Shown piece by piece: positions 46,245-54,313 of a DNA stretch of 64,000 nt (positions within the stretch are counted from its first letter, which is position 1; every line of letters begins with the position of its first letter). The notes below the pieces were generated by a model, which was not told the DNA's origin, ran no database searches, and saw nothing but the letters and a program-made list of their open reading frames with translations. The DNA is from an uncultured bacterium (GTDB lineage Bacteria > Patescibacteriota > Saccharimonadia > UBA4664). The DNA lies in the NCBI GenBank assembly GCA_963720265.1, contig CAVRET010000002.1, forward strand, positions 136,704 to 200,703, read 5' to 3'. Made by a program: the position numbers and the translations under genes.

Positions 46245-46251
46245 GATTGCA

Positions 46252-47745
46252 CTAGAAAACTTTGTAAGAGGCGGCGGCACGTTTGTTCTGGAGCCGAATG
46301 CTCACTTGATAGCCGTGTTTGTTAAACAGATACATCAATTGCTCGCCATTAATGAGTGTTAACGGCTTGTCTTTGGCAAAGTCTCGGGCTTCGGGACCGT
46401 AGTAGCTGGTCGTCACCAAGATTCCCTTAACCGCACCCTCATTGAGCACCGTACCGTATAAATCGCGCACTGCGCTAACTGGAACGAGGTTATTGTAGCG
46501 CTTAGCCTGAATAACGAACTTGCCACCACGTATTGGGTCTGGGTCGTAGGCAATAGCGTCGACGCCTTCGTCGCGCGACGCTTGCGTTACTTCGACTTTA
46601 GCCCCGTCATTTCCAAACTCGCGCTGGAACAAATCGCGCACTAAGATCTCAAACTGTTGCCAGTCCATACTGGCTAGGTTCTGCGAGTCATCCACCGAGT
46701 CAAGCACCGCACTGGCCTCAATAATCCGCTTATCACTGGTGTTCATCTGAAGGATAGGCTTAACCGGAGCCAAGTTCACCAGGTTGCCAGCCGATACTCC
46801 TTTGAGGTGCCGGAAACAGTCTCTCGGACTAATGTGATCAAGTTGGAGCTCTTCAAACTCACGCCTATTAACCTGCAAGCTCAGTACACAATTTCGGAAT
46901 GCCTTTCCGGTCTGCGGGTCGAATCCTGAAACGTAGCCATTGAAACCGACCGTCACGACCGCGTTGGCGTAATCGGCACTAAACACTTCATGTAATGTCC
47001 GTAAGGCTATTTGATATAAGGTCGAATTATAGAACTCCTCGAATTCGCGCTGCTTCATCTCTTTCGCAACAGAGGCATCCTTGCTCGGGGAGTAAGCGTA
47101 CTCAGTCACCCGTGGTACCCGATCGGTATTGGGTAGCTCCACCTCCACAAGCATGAGCTTACTTTGCGGCTCGTACTGCACTTGAGGAGCCAGACTTAGT
47201 GAAGACGGGTATTTTGACAGCACCAAGACGCGCTGGATGTACTTCAGGACTGCCGCAGGCGTCTTGCTCTCATAAGCGGCTTTCATCCTGTCGACTTTCT
47301 TGTTGTGCTCAACTTGCTCAGCGAGGTAAAGCTCCTTGTCTTTCTCGTAGGCCCTCTGAGCTTGGTCAAAGGCTTTCTTTGCTTCTTCTTCTGCAATCTG
47401 GTGCTTTGCTTTCATGCCAGGCACCAATCCCGAGAGCTTGGAAAAATGTGGCGCAAATTCGTCCCATTGAGGCGGCTTCTTGAACGATTCCTTATCGTAC
47501 AATTCATCCCAATTGAGCTTATTCTCGTGCAATAGCGCTGTGGCCAACAACTGCTGAAAGGCCGAGATGTCAGCTTGAGCATGCGTCGACATATTCTGGG
47601 ATTTTGCTCGACTTAGATCCTTTTCCCAACGCTTCTGCAACACCAAAAGCTTATTGGCAACCACCGCCTGGGTACTCCCAGTTACGGTTACCGTTTCACC
47701 AGTTACTGGATGAGTGACTGTTTTGTAGTAAGACATACGACTCAT
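46252..47745 (-). CDS. Fusion protein: about 330 aa domain of unknown function (coiled-coil-rich) + C-terminal Mrr-cat (PD-(D/E)xK) restriction-endonuclease-like domain
   Basis: C-terminus WQQFEILVRDLFQREFG...KVEVTQASRDEGVDAIAYDP...KFVIQAKRYNNLVPVSAVRDLYGTVLNEGAVKGILVTTSYYGPEAR follows the Mrr N-terminal catalytic-domain pattern (D...E.K in ..D..A....V.QAKRY). Confidence 0.55.
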   Translation of the reverse strand: MSRMSYYKTVTHPVTGETVTVTGSTQAVVANKLLVLQKRWEKDLSRAKSQNMSTHAQADISAFQQLLATALLHENKLNWDELYDKESFKKPPQWDEFAPHFSKLSGLVPGMKAKHQIAEEEAKKAFDQAQRAYEKDKELYLAEQVEHNKKVDRMKAAYESKTPAAVLKYIQRVLVLSKYPSSLSLAPQVQYEPQSKLMLVEVELPNTDRVPRVTEYAYSPSKDASVAKEMKQREFEEFYNSTLYQIALRTLHEVFSADYANAVVTVGFNGYVSGFDPQTGKAFRNCVLSLQVNRREFEELQLDHISPRDCFRHLKGVSAGNLVNLAPVKPILQMNTSDKRIIEASAVLDSVDDSQNLASMDWQQFEILVRDLFQREFGNDGAKVEVTQASRDEGVDAIAYDPDPIRGGKFVIQAKRYNNLVPVSAVRDLYGTVLNEGAVKGILVTTSYYGPEARDFAKDKPLTLINGEQLMYLFNKHGYQVSIRLQNKRAAASYKVF

Positions 47746-47801
47746 ATGATTACCTCACGGCTCATCATAGCAAAAATCATGCAAACGACCATAAGACCGA
47801 T

Positions 47802-48665
47802 CTACTTCACGAGCTTAATCTGTCTCGCATAATGATCAATCCAAGCAGGCATCTTGGGCTCGGCCTCGTGAAAGATGTAGTGTTTGACCTGCCTGGTTAT
47901 CTCCCACTGGTAGGCAAATACTGCCCGGCACGACCGGACCATGCCTTCAACGTCAGTTGAGCCGTCTATTGATACGTCAATCCGTTCTGGCGATTCCTTA
48001 ATTACTGAAGCCAATTCGATGGGATCAGCATGGCTGCCGCCAGAGAAGAACGGGTATAACCGATCGTATAGCCGCACCATCGTCATAGTTTTCTTGCCGA
48101 TCCGATGATACTTCTGATTATAAAAATCAATAATCTCGCAACGTTGCTTCAGGCTGAAGCCTTTAGTGCGTGTGACCGGTGTCGTCTTGGCGGGGTTTAT
48201 CACTTCCGGGATTGCATCCGGCCACTTTGGGTAATCGAGAGCCACGGTACTCTCGATGTCTAGTAGCCGATTCTTGTGTTTAGCAAAATCCTCATCGGAC
48301 ACGTGTCCGTCACTATGGAGGACGGCCAACATCTCGATTCGCTTCCGCTCGCTGGTCATAATCATATATTTGGCATAGACCAATGACCTACAGCAGTAGA
48401 TTAATCGGACATTGATCCAGATCTCGAACAACGTTCGCGCTAAGGTGTAGCTAACACGAAATTGCTTGCTGTCGGCTAAACTGGTTATCCCTTGGACTTG
48501 GGCAATCGCCGAGATAAATAGTGTTAGTAAATAGCCATCTCGACCTAGCGAGTAGACATCGATCTTGGCCTGTTCCATCTCTTTGAGGAGTACAAACCCG
48601 TAGCCATGAAGTTCCTTGAGGGCGTGGATAGCTTCAACAAGTTCACGCTCAGCATCGGTTTGCAC
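47802..48665 (-). CDS. Hypothetical protein (287 aa), middle gene of the accessory operon
   Basis: No recognisable motif. 15 nt gap to the upstream gene and 56 nt gap to the downstream gene, all on the same strand. Confidence 0.3.
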   Translation of the reverse strand: MQTDAERELVEAIHALKELHGYGFVLLKEMEQAKIDVYSLGRDGYLLTLFISAIAQVQGITSLADSKQFRVSYTLARTLFEIWINVRLIYCCRSLVYAKYMIMTSERKRIEMLAVLHSDGHVSDEDFAKHKNRLLDIESTVALDYPKWPDAIPEVINPAKTTPVTRTKGFSLKQRCEIIDFYNQKYHRIGKKTMTMVRLYDRLYPFFSGGSHADPIELASVIKESPERIDVSIDGSTDVEGMVRSCRAVFAYQWEITRQVKHYIFHEAEPKMPAWIDHYARQIKLVK

Positions 48666-48680
48666 GGCTCTGTCCCATCG

Positions 48681-50240
48681 CTAGTCTTTGGCCTTGGCGT
48701 CGGAGTCTGCCATCTCAATCAGGCGATCTGCGAAATGATTCCAGCTAATGTTATCTTCACCGACAGCGGTCTTTATCTTATTCGCCGTCGCGCGCAGTTG
48801 CTCCGGATCATCAGAGATCCATCCTAGCTTCTTAAGGAGCGCCACGGTCTGATCTTCCTGAGCCGCAGTCTTTTCGGCATATTGCTTTTCTGCCTCCTGC
48901 TCAGACCCGACTGGTGTCCACTCGGCGCCCACGCGGCTCACATGGCCAAACAGCCGCCATCGGCCAAGACCTTCTTTAAACACGGCAAAGTTAGGATTGG
49001 GATCAGCCAAGTATCCAGAGTACACCCACAGGATCACAAACTTTGCAAATAAGATCGTCTCGACATCCGGAAATAAGTCCTCAACAGTGGCCTGAACGGC
49101 CTGTTCGTTGATCTCGTTAGCATAGGCCCACAAATCCCGCACCCAAAAGAGGAACAGGTTGGCTACCGTTTTGGTAATTACCGGCCTCTCGTCCACACTG
49201 GCAACGGTTACCCGCCACTCGGCGGGGATCGCGTCCTTCAGCACATAACTGCTATCACCAGCCTTAAAGAATAGTGCCCGCATACCAGGCATCAGCAATT
49301 GGCCGATGCGGCCATCCTGGACCTTAGATAGTGGTATGGCTAACAAAACCTCACGTACGGCTTCGTCGTAGTTGTCTTCGGTAGTAAACCGTTCAATCAC
49401 AACCCGGACTACTTGGGTGGCGTGTACAAGATTACCGCCGGCATAGAATCGCTTATCAGCAAACAGCTTCTTCAGTCCACCGTCGTTCCAGCTGGCCCAG
49501 AGCGTGATTGCGTCGCACTTGCGCAAGAAGTTATACAGGATAACCCAGAATGTGTGCCTGGCCACGCCCGACTTCTTGTCCTCAGTTAGCGCCGTCATTG
49601 CCCAAGATAAGAGCTGCTTAAGCGTAGAATCTTCATCTAGCTGCAATGTCCACGGTCTAGACTCGGCTACGGAAGTGCCGTCTGACTTGGCATCGGAACT
49701 GGCAATCGTAGCGGTTACAAGCTCGCCCATGATGTCCCGTTCCGGCAATGCCGTTCCCGCGGGGCGTAGAGCTTTAAGATCGTAAACGTATATCGGCTTC
49801 TTATAGAACGATACCCAGATCACATAACCAAGAAGCCACAGCCCAAATATCAGATCTGCGTAGAAGAGTGCCGTGTGACGGCTGAAGAGCGGCAGGATGC
49901 ATGTCCCAAACAGAAAGACCACCAGGTTGCCAACTGGCTCATGGAGATACCGAAGGCGGTTCTCTCGAACCCACTCGTCGTCGAGAGGCGTCCGTTTAGC
50001 CAAATTGTGGGTCGCAAATTGCTGTCTCCAGATCTCAATGGCGATTGGGATGAACACGGCCATCACTGCCGTCGCCAACGCCAAGTAATCCACGATCTGG
50101 TCGGTGCCGATCTCAAAATGGTAACAGCCAGCACTGCCACAAACGGCCCGCCCAAACTGAACCATTAATGTATACAGAGCTACATCTGCAATCAGGGCTA
50201 GGAGCCACAAATACGGCCGCCTTTCTGGTTTCCGTTTCAT
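48681..50240 (-). CDS. Hypothetical membrane protein: 4 N-terminal TM helices + about 370 aa soluble domain
   Basis: Hydrophobic segments within the first about 150 residues. No motif recognised in the remainder. Confidence 0.35.
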   Translation of the reverse strand: MKRKPERRPYLWLLALIADVALYTLMVQFGRAVCGSAGCYHFEIGTDQIVDYLALATAVMAVFIPIAIEIWRQQFATHNLAKRTPLDDEWVRENRLRYLHEPVGNLVVFLFGTCILPLFSRHTALFYADLIFGLWLLGYVIWVSFYKKPIYVYDLKALRPAGTALPERDIMGELVTATIASSDAKSDGTSVAESRPWTLQLDEDSTLKQLLSWAMTALTEDKKSGVARHTFWVILYNFLRKCDAITLWASWNDGGLKKLFADKRFYAGGNLVHATQVVRVVIERFTTEDNYDEAVREVLLAIPLSKVQDGRIGQLLMPGMRALFFKAGDSSYVLKDAIPAEWRVTVASVDERPVITKTVANLFLFWVRDLWAYANEINEQAVQATVEDLFPDVETILFAKFVILWVYSGYLADPNPNFAVFKEGLGRWRLFGHVSRVGAEWTPVGSEQEAEKQYAEKTAAQEDQTVALLKKLGWISDDPEQLRATANKIKTAVGEDNISWNHFADRLIEMADSDAKAKD

Positions 50241-50300
50241 GCTTCCAGACTAGCACAATGAATCCTATCTGGTAACAGATAGCGATTAATTCAAGAGGCT

Positions 50301-50573
50301 TTAGCCCATAAAGCCAGCATCACGCAACCGCTTCGCCACAGTTTCGCGGTCAATACCAAACTGAAGCGCCAGAGTGTACGGAGCAATGCCGGACCGATAT
50401 GCCGCGATCAACTTATCCATATCCAGGTTCAGCAGCGCTGGGGAGCGTAGTGGCTTGCGCTTCGTGCCCTGTGTGACACAGCTCGCCGCCGTCAGTGCTG
50501 AAAGATCGTGGTGTAAGTGCTGGAGGCTCTCAAGCCTTAAATCCTCCTGAAGCTGACAGATCAGGCGCACCAA
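50301..50573 (-). CDS. Small resolvase-type HTH (HTH_7-like) DNA-binding protein, 90 aa
   Basis: MDKLIAAYRSGIAPYTLALQFGIDRETVAKRLRDAG resembles the C-terminal HTH of Hin/resolvase proteins. No catalytic domain. Confidence 0.45.
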   Translation of the reverse strand: MVRLICQLQEDLRLESLQHLHHDLSALTAASCVTQGTKRKPLRSPALLNLDMDKLIAAYRSGIAPYTLALQFGIDRETVAKRLRDAGFMG

Positions 50574-50578
50574 AAATT

Positions 50579-51172
50579 ATGAAGACCAGATTTTTACTCC
50601 ACGGCGGCAGGGTCAAACTTTCCGACGAGCGCAACGACCGGTTCTTTCGCGAGCTGGTGAAAGATCTTGCCGACGGTGACCAGGTGTTGTCGATCGGCTT
50701 TGCCCAACGCGACGAGACCGTCCGGCAGAAATACTTCGAACGGGACAAGGGCTTTCTTTTAGCGCAAACCAAAGCCGACATTAATGTTATCAATGCCACG
50801 TACGACGACTTTATTGAGCAAATTGGAGCCTCCAAGTCCGTCTACATCACCGGAGGAGACTGCCCAGAACTCGTAAAAAACATCCAGCGCTACCAAGATT
50901 TCGATTCTCTCCTGCGCGGCAAGGTAATTGGCGGAACTTCGGCCGGGGCATGTTTATTCGCAGCCTATTACCTAAATCTTCCCGAGCCCGAGGTCATGTC
51001 GGGCTTAAGCGTATTCCCAATCCGACTCATGGTCCATTATGGCAACTCTGAATTCAACTCAACAGACAAGACATTACAGGTTTTGCAGCATGCCCACCCT
51101 GAGCTAGAACTGCTTCGCCTTCGTGAGTGCGAAAGACACCCCCACGGAGCAAGCTCCGTGGTTGTCACTTAG
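50579..51172 (+). CDS. Peptidase S51 (PepE/cyanophycinase-like, class I glutamine-amidotransferase-like fold)
   Basis: Start reassigned to MKTRFLLHGG. VYITGGDCPELV and VIGGTSAGACLF (the Ser nucleophile motif GxSAG) are present. The 3' end runs into the IS200 terminal hairpin. Confidence 0.5.
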   Translation: MKTRFLLHGGRVKLSDERNDRFFRELVKDLADGDQVLSIGFAQRDETVRQKYFERDKGFLLAQTKADINVINATYDDFIEQIGASKSVYITGGDCPELVKNIQRYQDFDSLLRGKVIGGTSAGACLFAAYYLNLPEPEVMSGLSVFPIRLMVHYGNSEFNSTDKTLQVLQHAHPELELLRLRECERHPHGASSVVVT

Positions 51173-51705
51173 GGCACCAGCTTCAGTTGGTACGATTTGG
51201 CCTGAGTGGGTCGGTGCTTACCTTGTTGCTCAACATACGTCTTTATAACTCCTTCCAACGGACCGTCAGAGACGGTCCTAATGTAATAGCCGACACTCCA
51301 CATCGCACCGCCCCACAAGAACTGTTTGACTTCGGGAAACTGGACAAACAAGGCCCGTGCGCTCTTGCTTTTTAAGATCTGTACCAACTTCTCTGGCGCG
51401 ATTTTTGGATGAGCACCTATAAATACATGGACATGGTCGTCATCGGTGCCAACAGCTTCCAGCTCCCAGTCGTAAGCCTGGGCTATCTCGACAAGCACCC
51501 GCTTTAAGTATTGGCTGCGGTTGGCTAGCAGTACCTTGCGTCGAAGTTTGACACCCCATACCAAATGGTACCGAATCTGATACCGACAGTGGGCACCGAT
51601 TTGAACGTCCATACCACCATTGTGCTAATGAAAGACTGCTGTGTCCACCAGAGGCGGACAGGTGCTCGCCGGCGCTATCCCTCCCCGGAGCAAGCTCCGG
51701 GGTTC
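51136..51705. mobile_element. IS200/IS605-family element, intact
   Basis: Subterminal hairpins CCACGGAG-CAAGC-TCCGTGG (51141-51161) and CCCCGGAG-CAAGC-TCCGGGG (51683-51702) share the same loop and flank a full-length tnpA. Confidence 0.6.
51169..51612 (-). CDS. tnpA: IS200-family transposase TnpA (Y1 HUH)
   Basis: 147 aa with YHLVWGVKLRRKVL, the HUH motif HVHVFI, and a C-terminal catalytic Tyr region (WSVGYYIRTVSDG). Confidence 0.8.
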   Translation of the reverse strand: MDVQIGAHCRYQIRYHLVWGVKLRRKVLLANRSQYLKRVLVEIAQAYDWELEAVGTDDDHVHVFIGAHPKIAPEKLVQILKSKSARALFVQFPEVKQFLWGGAMWSVGYYIRTVSDGPLEGVIKTYVEQQGKHRPTQAKSYQLKLVP

Positions 51706-51764
51706 CTCGCGGGGTTAATGGATCGAAAAAACCGCCGAGATATAAGACCAACTATCTTGATGAA

Positions 51765-52406
51765 CTATTGCTGTTGCTTGTGCTTCGGATACCAATTCTT
51801 GGTATATGCCACTTCGGTAATCGCGGTTTCGTAGTCCACGATCTCCTCCGGCTTAAACCAAAGCGCGATCTCGCGCTGGGCGTTTTCCGGGCTGTCGCTG
51901 CCGTGAATGATGTTCTTGACTGCCCAATCGCCGGCGTCTGACACTTCATACGATTCCAAGCTGTAATCAAATCCGAGCGTGCCCACCTCGGCCTGCAACG
52001 GGTTGGTAGTCCCACGCAATTTGCGCACCACTTCAATGACGTGCGCGCCCTCAAGCACCATCACCACTACCGGCCCAGCCGTCAGTGTCTCCATGAGCTT
52101 GCGCCTGGTATTAAGCGCCAAATCGCGCGGCTCCATGGGCGGCTCGATGCCACGGTCAACATAACCATCGTATGTCCGCTGGCCGGACGATTCCAGCCAT
52201 TCTTCGGTCACTACATAGTGTTCGCCAGCCAGCTCGTCGGACGGCCACACAAGCTTCAGCGCCGCAATTTTGAGCCCTTTGCGCTCAAACCGTGTCAGCA
52301 CCTCGCCCACGAGGTGTCTGGCAACCGCATCCGGCTTAATAATAACGAGACTCCGCTCGTGCTGCAGCTCCTGCAGCCGTCGTTCATCTGGTTCCATAAA
52401 TTTCAT
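51765..52406 (-). CDS. ndk: Nucleoside diphosphate kinase (with insertions)
   Basis: ERSLVIIKPDAVARHLVGEVLTRFERKGLKIAALK ... NIIHGSDSPENAQREIALWF are NDK signature blocks, including the catalytic His in NIIHGSD. Confidence 0.75.
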   Translation of the reverse strand: MKFMEPDERRLQELQHERSLVIIKPDAVARHLVGEVLTRFERKGLKIAALKLVWPSDELAGEHYVVTEEWLESSGQRTYDGYVDRGIEPPMEPRDLALNTRRKLMETLTAGPVVVMVLEGAHVIEVVRKLRGTTNPLQAEVGTLGFDYSLESYEVSDAGDWAVKNIIHGSDSPENAQREIALWFKPEEIVDYETAITEVAYTKNWYPKHKQQQ

Positions 52407-53671
52407 GAGTGTTCTTTCACCATTATTTTATCTTCAAAGTGATGTGCCAAACCGGCTGGATGGGGCGTAATCACCGCCAGTCGCAGACCCGCCGGCGCAA
52501 GCATATCCCCAGCCACGCGCTGGACGTCAGCCACGGTCACGGCTTCAATACCGGCGATGGTTTCATCAATCGGTTTGACTCGGCCAAGCAAAACCATTTG
52601 CGTACCGATCCGGTCCGCAATCGACGCGTTGCTCTCCAGGCTCATCTCAAGCCCGGCACGCAATTGTTGCTTGGCCTTATGGAGTTCCGCCTCACTCACC
52701 GGCTGGGTGCGGATAAGATCAAGCTCGTGTAGCAACGAATCCAGCGCCTGCTCGGTCTTGTCGAGGTTAACACCTGCGTACGTTTCAAACAAGCCGGTAT
52801 CCACATATGAGTTAACGTCGGCATATACCGAGTACGCCAAGCCTTGACGCTCCCGCACGTTAGTAAACAACCGTGAACTCATTCCGCGGCCCAGTATTGC
52901 TGCCACCACCCGCGATGCCGGCTCCTCGGCCGCTTCATAGGAATAACCCCGTGACGCCACCATAATATGAGCCTGAGCCGTGGCTTTTGCCTGTGCCATT
53001 ACTAGGTTATCACTCACATCAGCCGTCACTGCCGGCGGCGCAGACTGTTTCAGCGGCTTCATATCGCCCAATGCCTTTCGTACTTGCCGCACTACCTGCT
53101 CATGTTCAACTGCACCGGCCACCGCTACGACCATATTATTCGGCCGGTAGTGGGCCTGCATATAGTGCATGACGTCAGCTCGTGGCAAGCGCCGCACCAC
53201 CTCCTCATTACCAATGATGTCCTTTCCCAAAGGATTATTCGGAAAGATAAGTTCCGGTATAAACGTCCCGATGAACCTAGATGGGTCGTCACGAAAGACG
53301 TTCATTTCTTCCACGATCACTCCTCTCTCCCGGTCCAATTCCTCAGAGTCCAACAGCGGCGACTTCACCATGTCGCATAGGATATTGAGCGCCAACTCAC
53401 CGTGCCGTTCCGGCACCTTGATGTAAAACGAAGTTAAATCCTCGGCCGTGTAGGCATTATTGTAGCCACCGACCGCATCCACCGCCTCGGCGATGGCCTG
53501 GGCCGACGGGTATTTCTCTGAGCCCTTAAACAGCAGGTGCTCCAAAAAATGAGATACGCCGCCGTTGACATCAAAGTTCTCATACCGCGACCCACAACCG
53601 ATCACCACGTTGACTGTTAGGCTGCGCGCATCTGACAGGCTGGCAGTAACGATCCGCAAGCCGTTTTCCAA
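52403..53671 (-). CDS. Peptidase M16 family (insulinase-like) zinc protease
   Basis: Inverted zinc motif HFLEHLLFKGSEKY (HxxEH). 422 aa. Confidence 0.75.
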   Translation of the reverse strand: MENGLRIVTASLSDARSLTVNVVIGCGSRYENFDVNGGVSHFLEHLLFKGSEKYPSAQAIAEAVDAVGGYNNAYTAEDLTSFYIKVPERHGELALNILCDMVKSPLLDSEELDRERGVIVEEMNVFRDDPSRFIGTFIPELIFPNNPLGKDIIGNEEVVRRLPRADVMHYMQAHYRPNNMVVAVAGAVEHEQVVRQVRKALGDMKPLKQSAPPAVTADVSDNLVMAQAKATAQAHIMVASRGYSYEAAEEPASRVVAAILGRGMSSRLFTNVRERQGLAYSVYADVNSYVDTGLFETYAGVNLDKTEQALDSLLHELDLIRTQPVSEAELHKAKQQLRAGLEMSLESNASIADRIGTQMVLLGRVKPIDETIAGIEAVTVADVQRVAGDMLAPAGLRLAVITPHPAGLAHHFEDKIMVKEHS

Positions 53672-53678
53672 AGTTGTG

Positions 53679-54299
53679 TCACGTACTTTCAGTTCTATTC
53701 TCCCGGCGATGCCGAATAATGTGCCAGGCCAACAAGGCGGCTAGCCCCAATAATACTATCACGCCAATCTGCTTAATACTGTTATCAATGAGGTCCAGAT
53801 GGTCACCCAGTGCATAGCCCGCCGCAGTCAGCCCACCAATCCAAATCAGTTTACCAACCGCCGCCGATGCCACAAACCGCCCAAAATTCATGTCAGCTAG
53901 CCCTGCTGCATACCCAATAAACCCCTGAATCCCGGGTACAAACGCGCCCACCAGCACCAATGGGCCGCCGTATTTTTGCGACGCCCGGTGGGCTGATCGC
54001 AAATCGCGGGACGAAATCAATACGTACCGCCCATAGCGCTCCACCAGAGTGATACCACCGGAGCGGGCAATCACGTACGAAGCCACAGTACCGGCCATTT
54101 GCGCCACAAACACCACCGGCAGCAATACAAACGGACTGATCTTCCCTTCACGCACCGCTAGGCCGCCGATCGGCAGCAGCACTTCACCCAAGCCGGGCAC
54201 TCCAAGCCCATTCAAAAACACTCCGGCGGCGATGCCGACAACGTTAACATGACCGGCTACTGTGAGTGCAGTCGACGAAAAACTAGAGCCCTGCGACAT
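53679..54299 (-). CDS. DedA/TVP38-family membrane protein
   Basis: 206 aa polytopic protein with an LGVPGLGEVLLPIGG block and Gly-rich re-entrant motifs. Confidence 0.55.
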   Translation of the reverse strand: MSQGSSFSSTALTVAGHVNVVGIAAGVFLNGLGVPGLGEVLLPIGGLAVREGKISPFVLLPVVFVAQMAGTVASYVIARSGGITLVERYGRYVLISSRDLRSAHRASQKYGGPLVLVGAFVPGIQGFIGYAAGLADMNFGRFVASAAVGKLIWIGGLTAAGYALGDHLDLIDNSIKQIGVIVLLGLAALLAWHIIRHRRENRTEST

Positions 54300-54313
54300 G
54301 AATCTATACTATA

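Noticed and set aside
51672-51705. Possible attR (tRNA-Arg 3' fragment) at the IS200 right end
   Set aside because: Only a 10-11 nt imperfect resemblance (TCCCTCCCCGG) to the tRNA 3' end. It is better explained as the IS200 subterminal hairpin.
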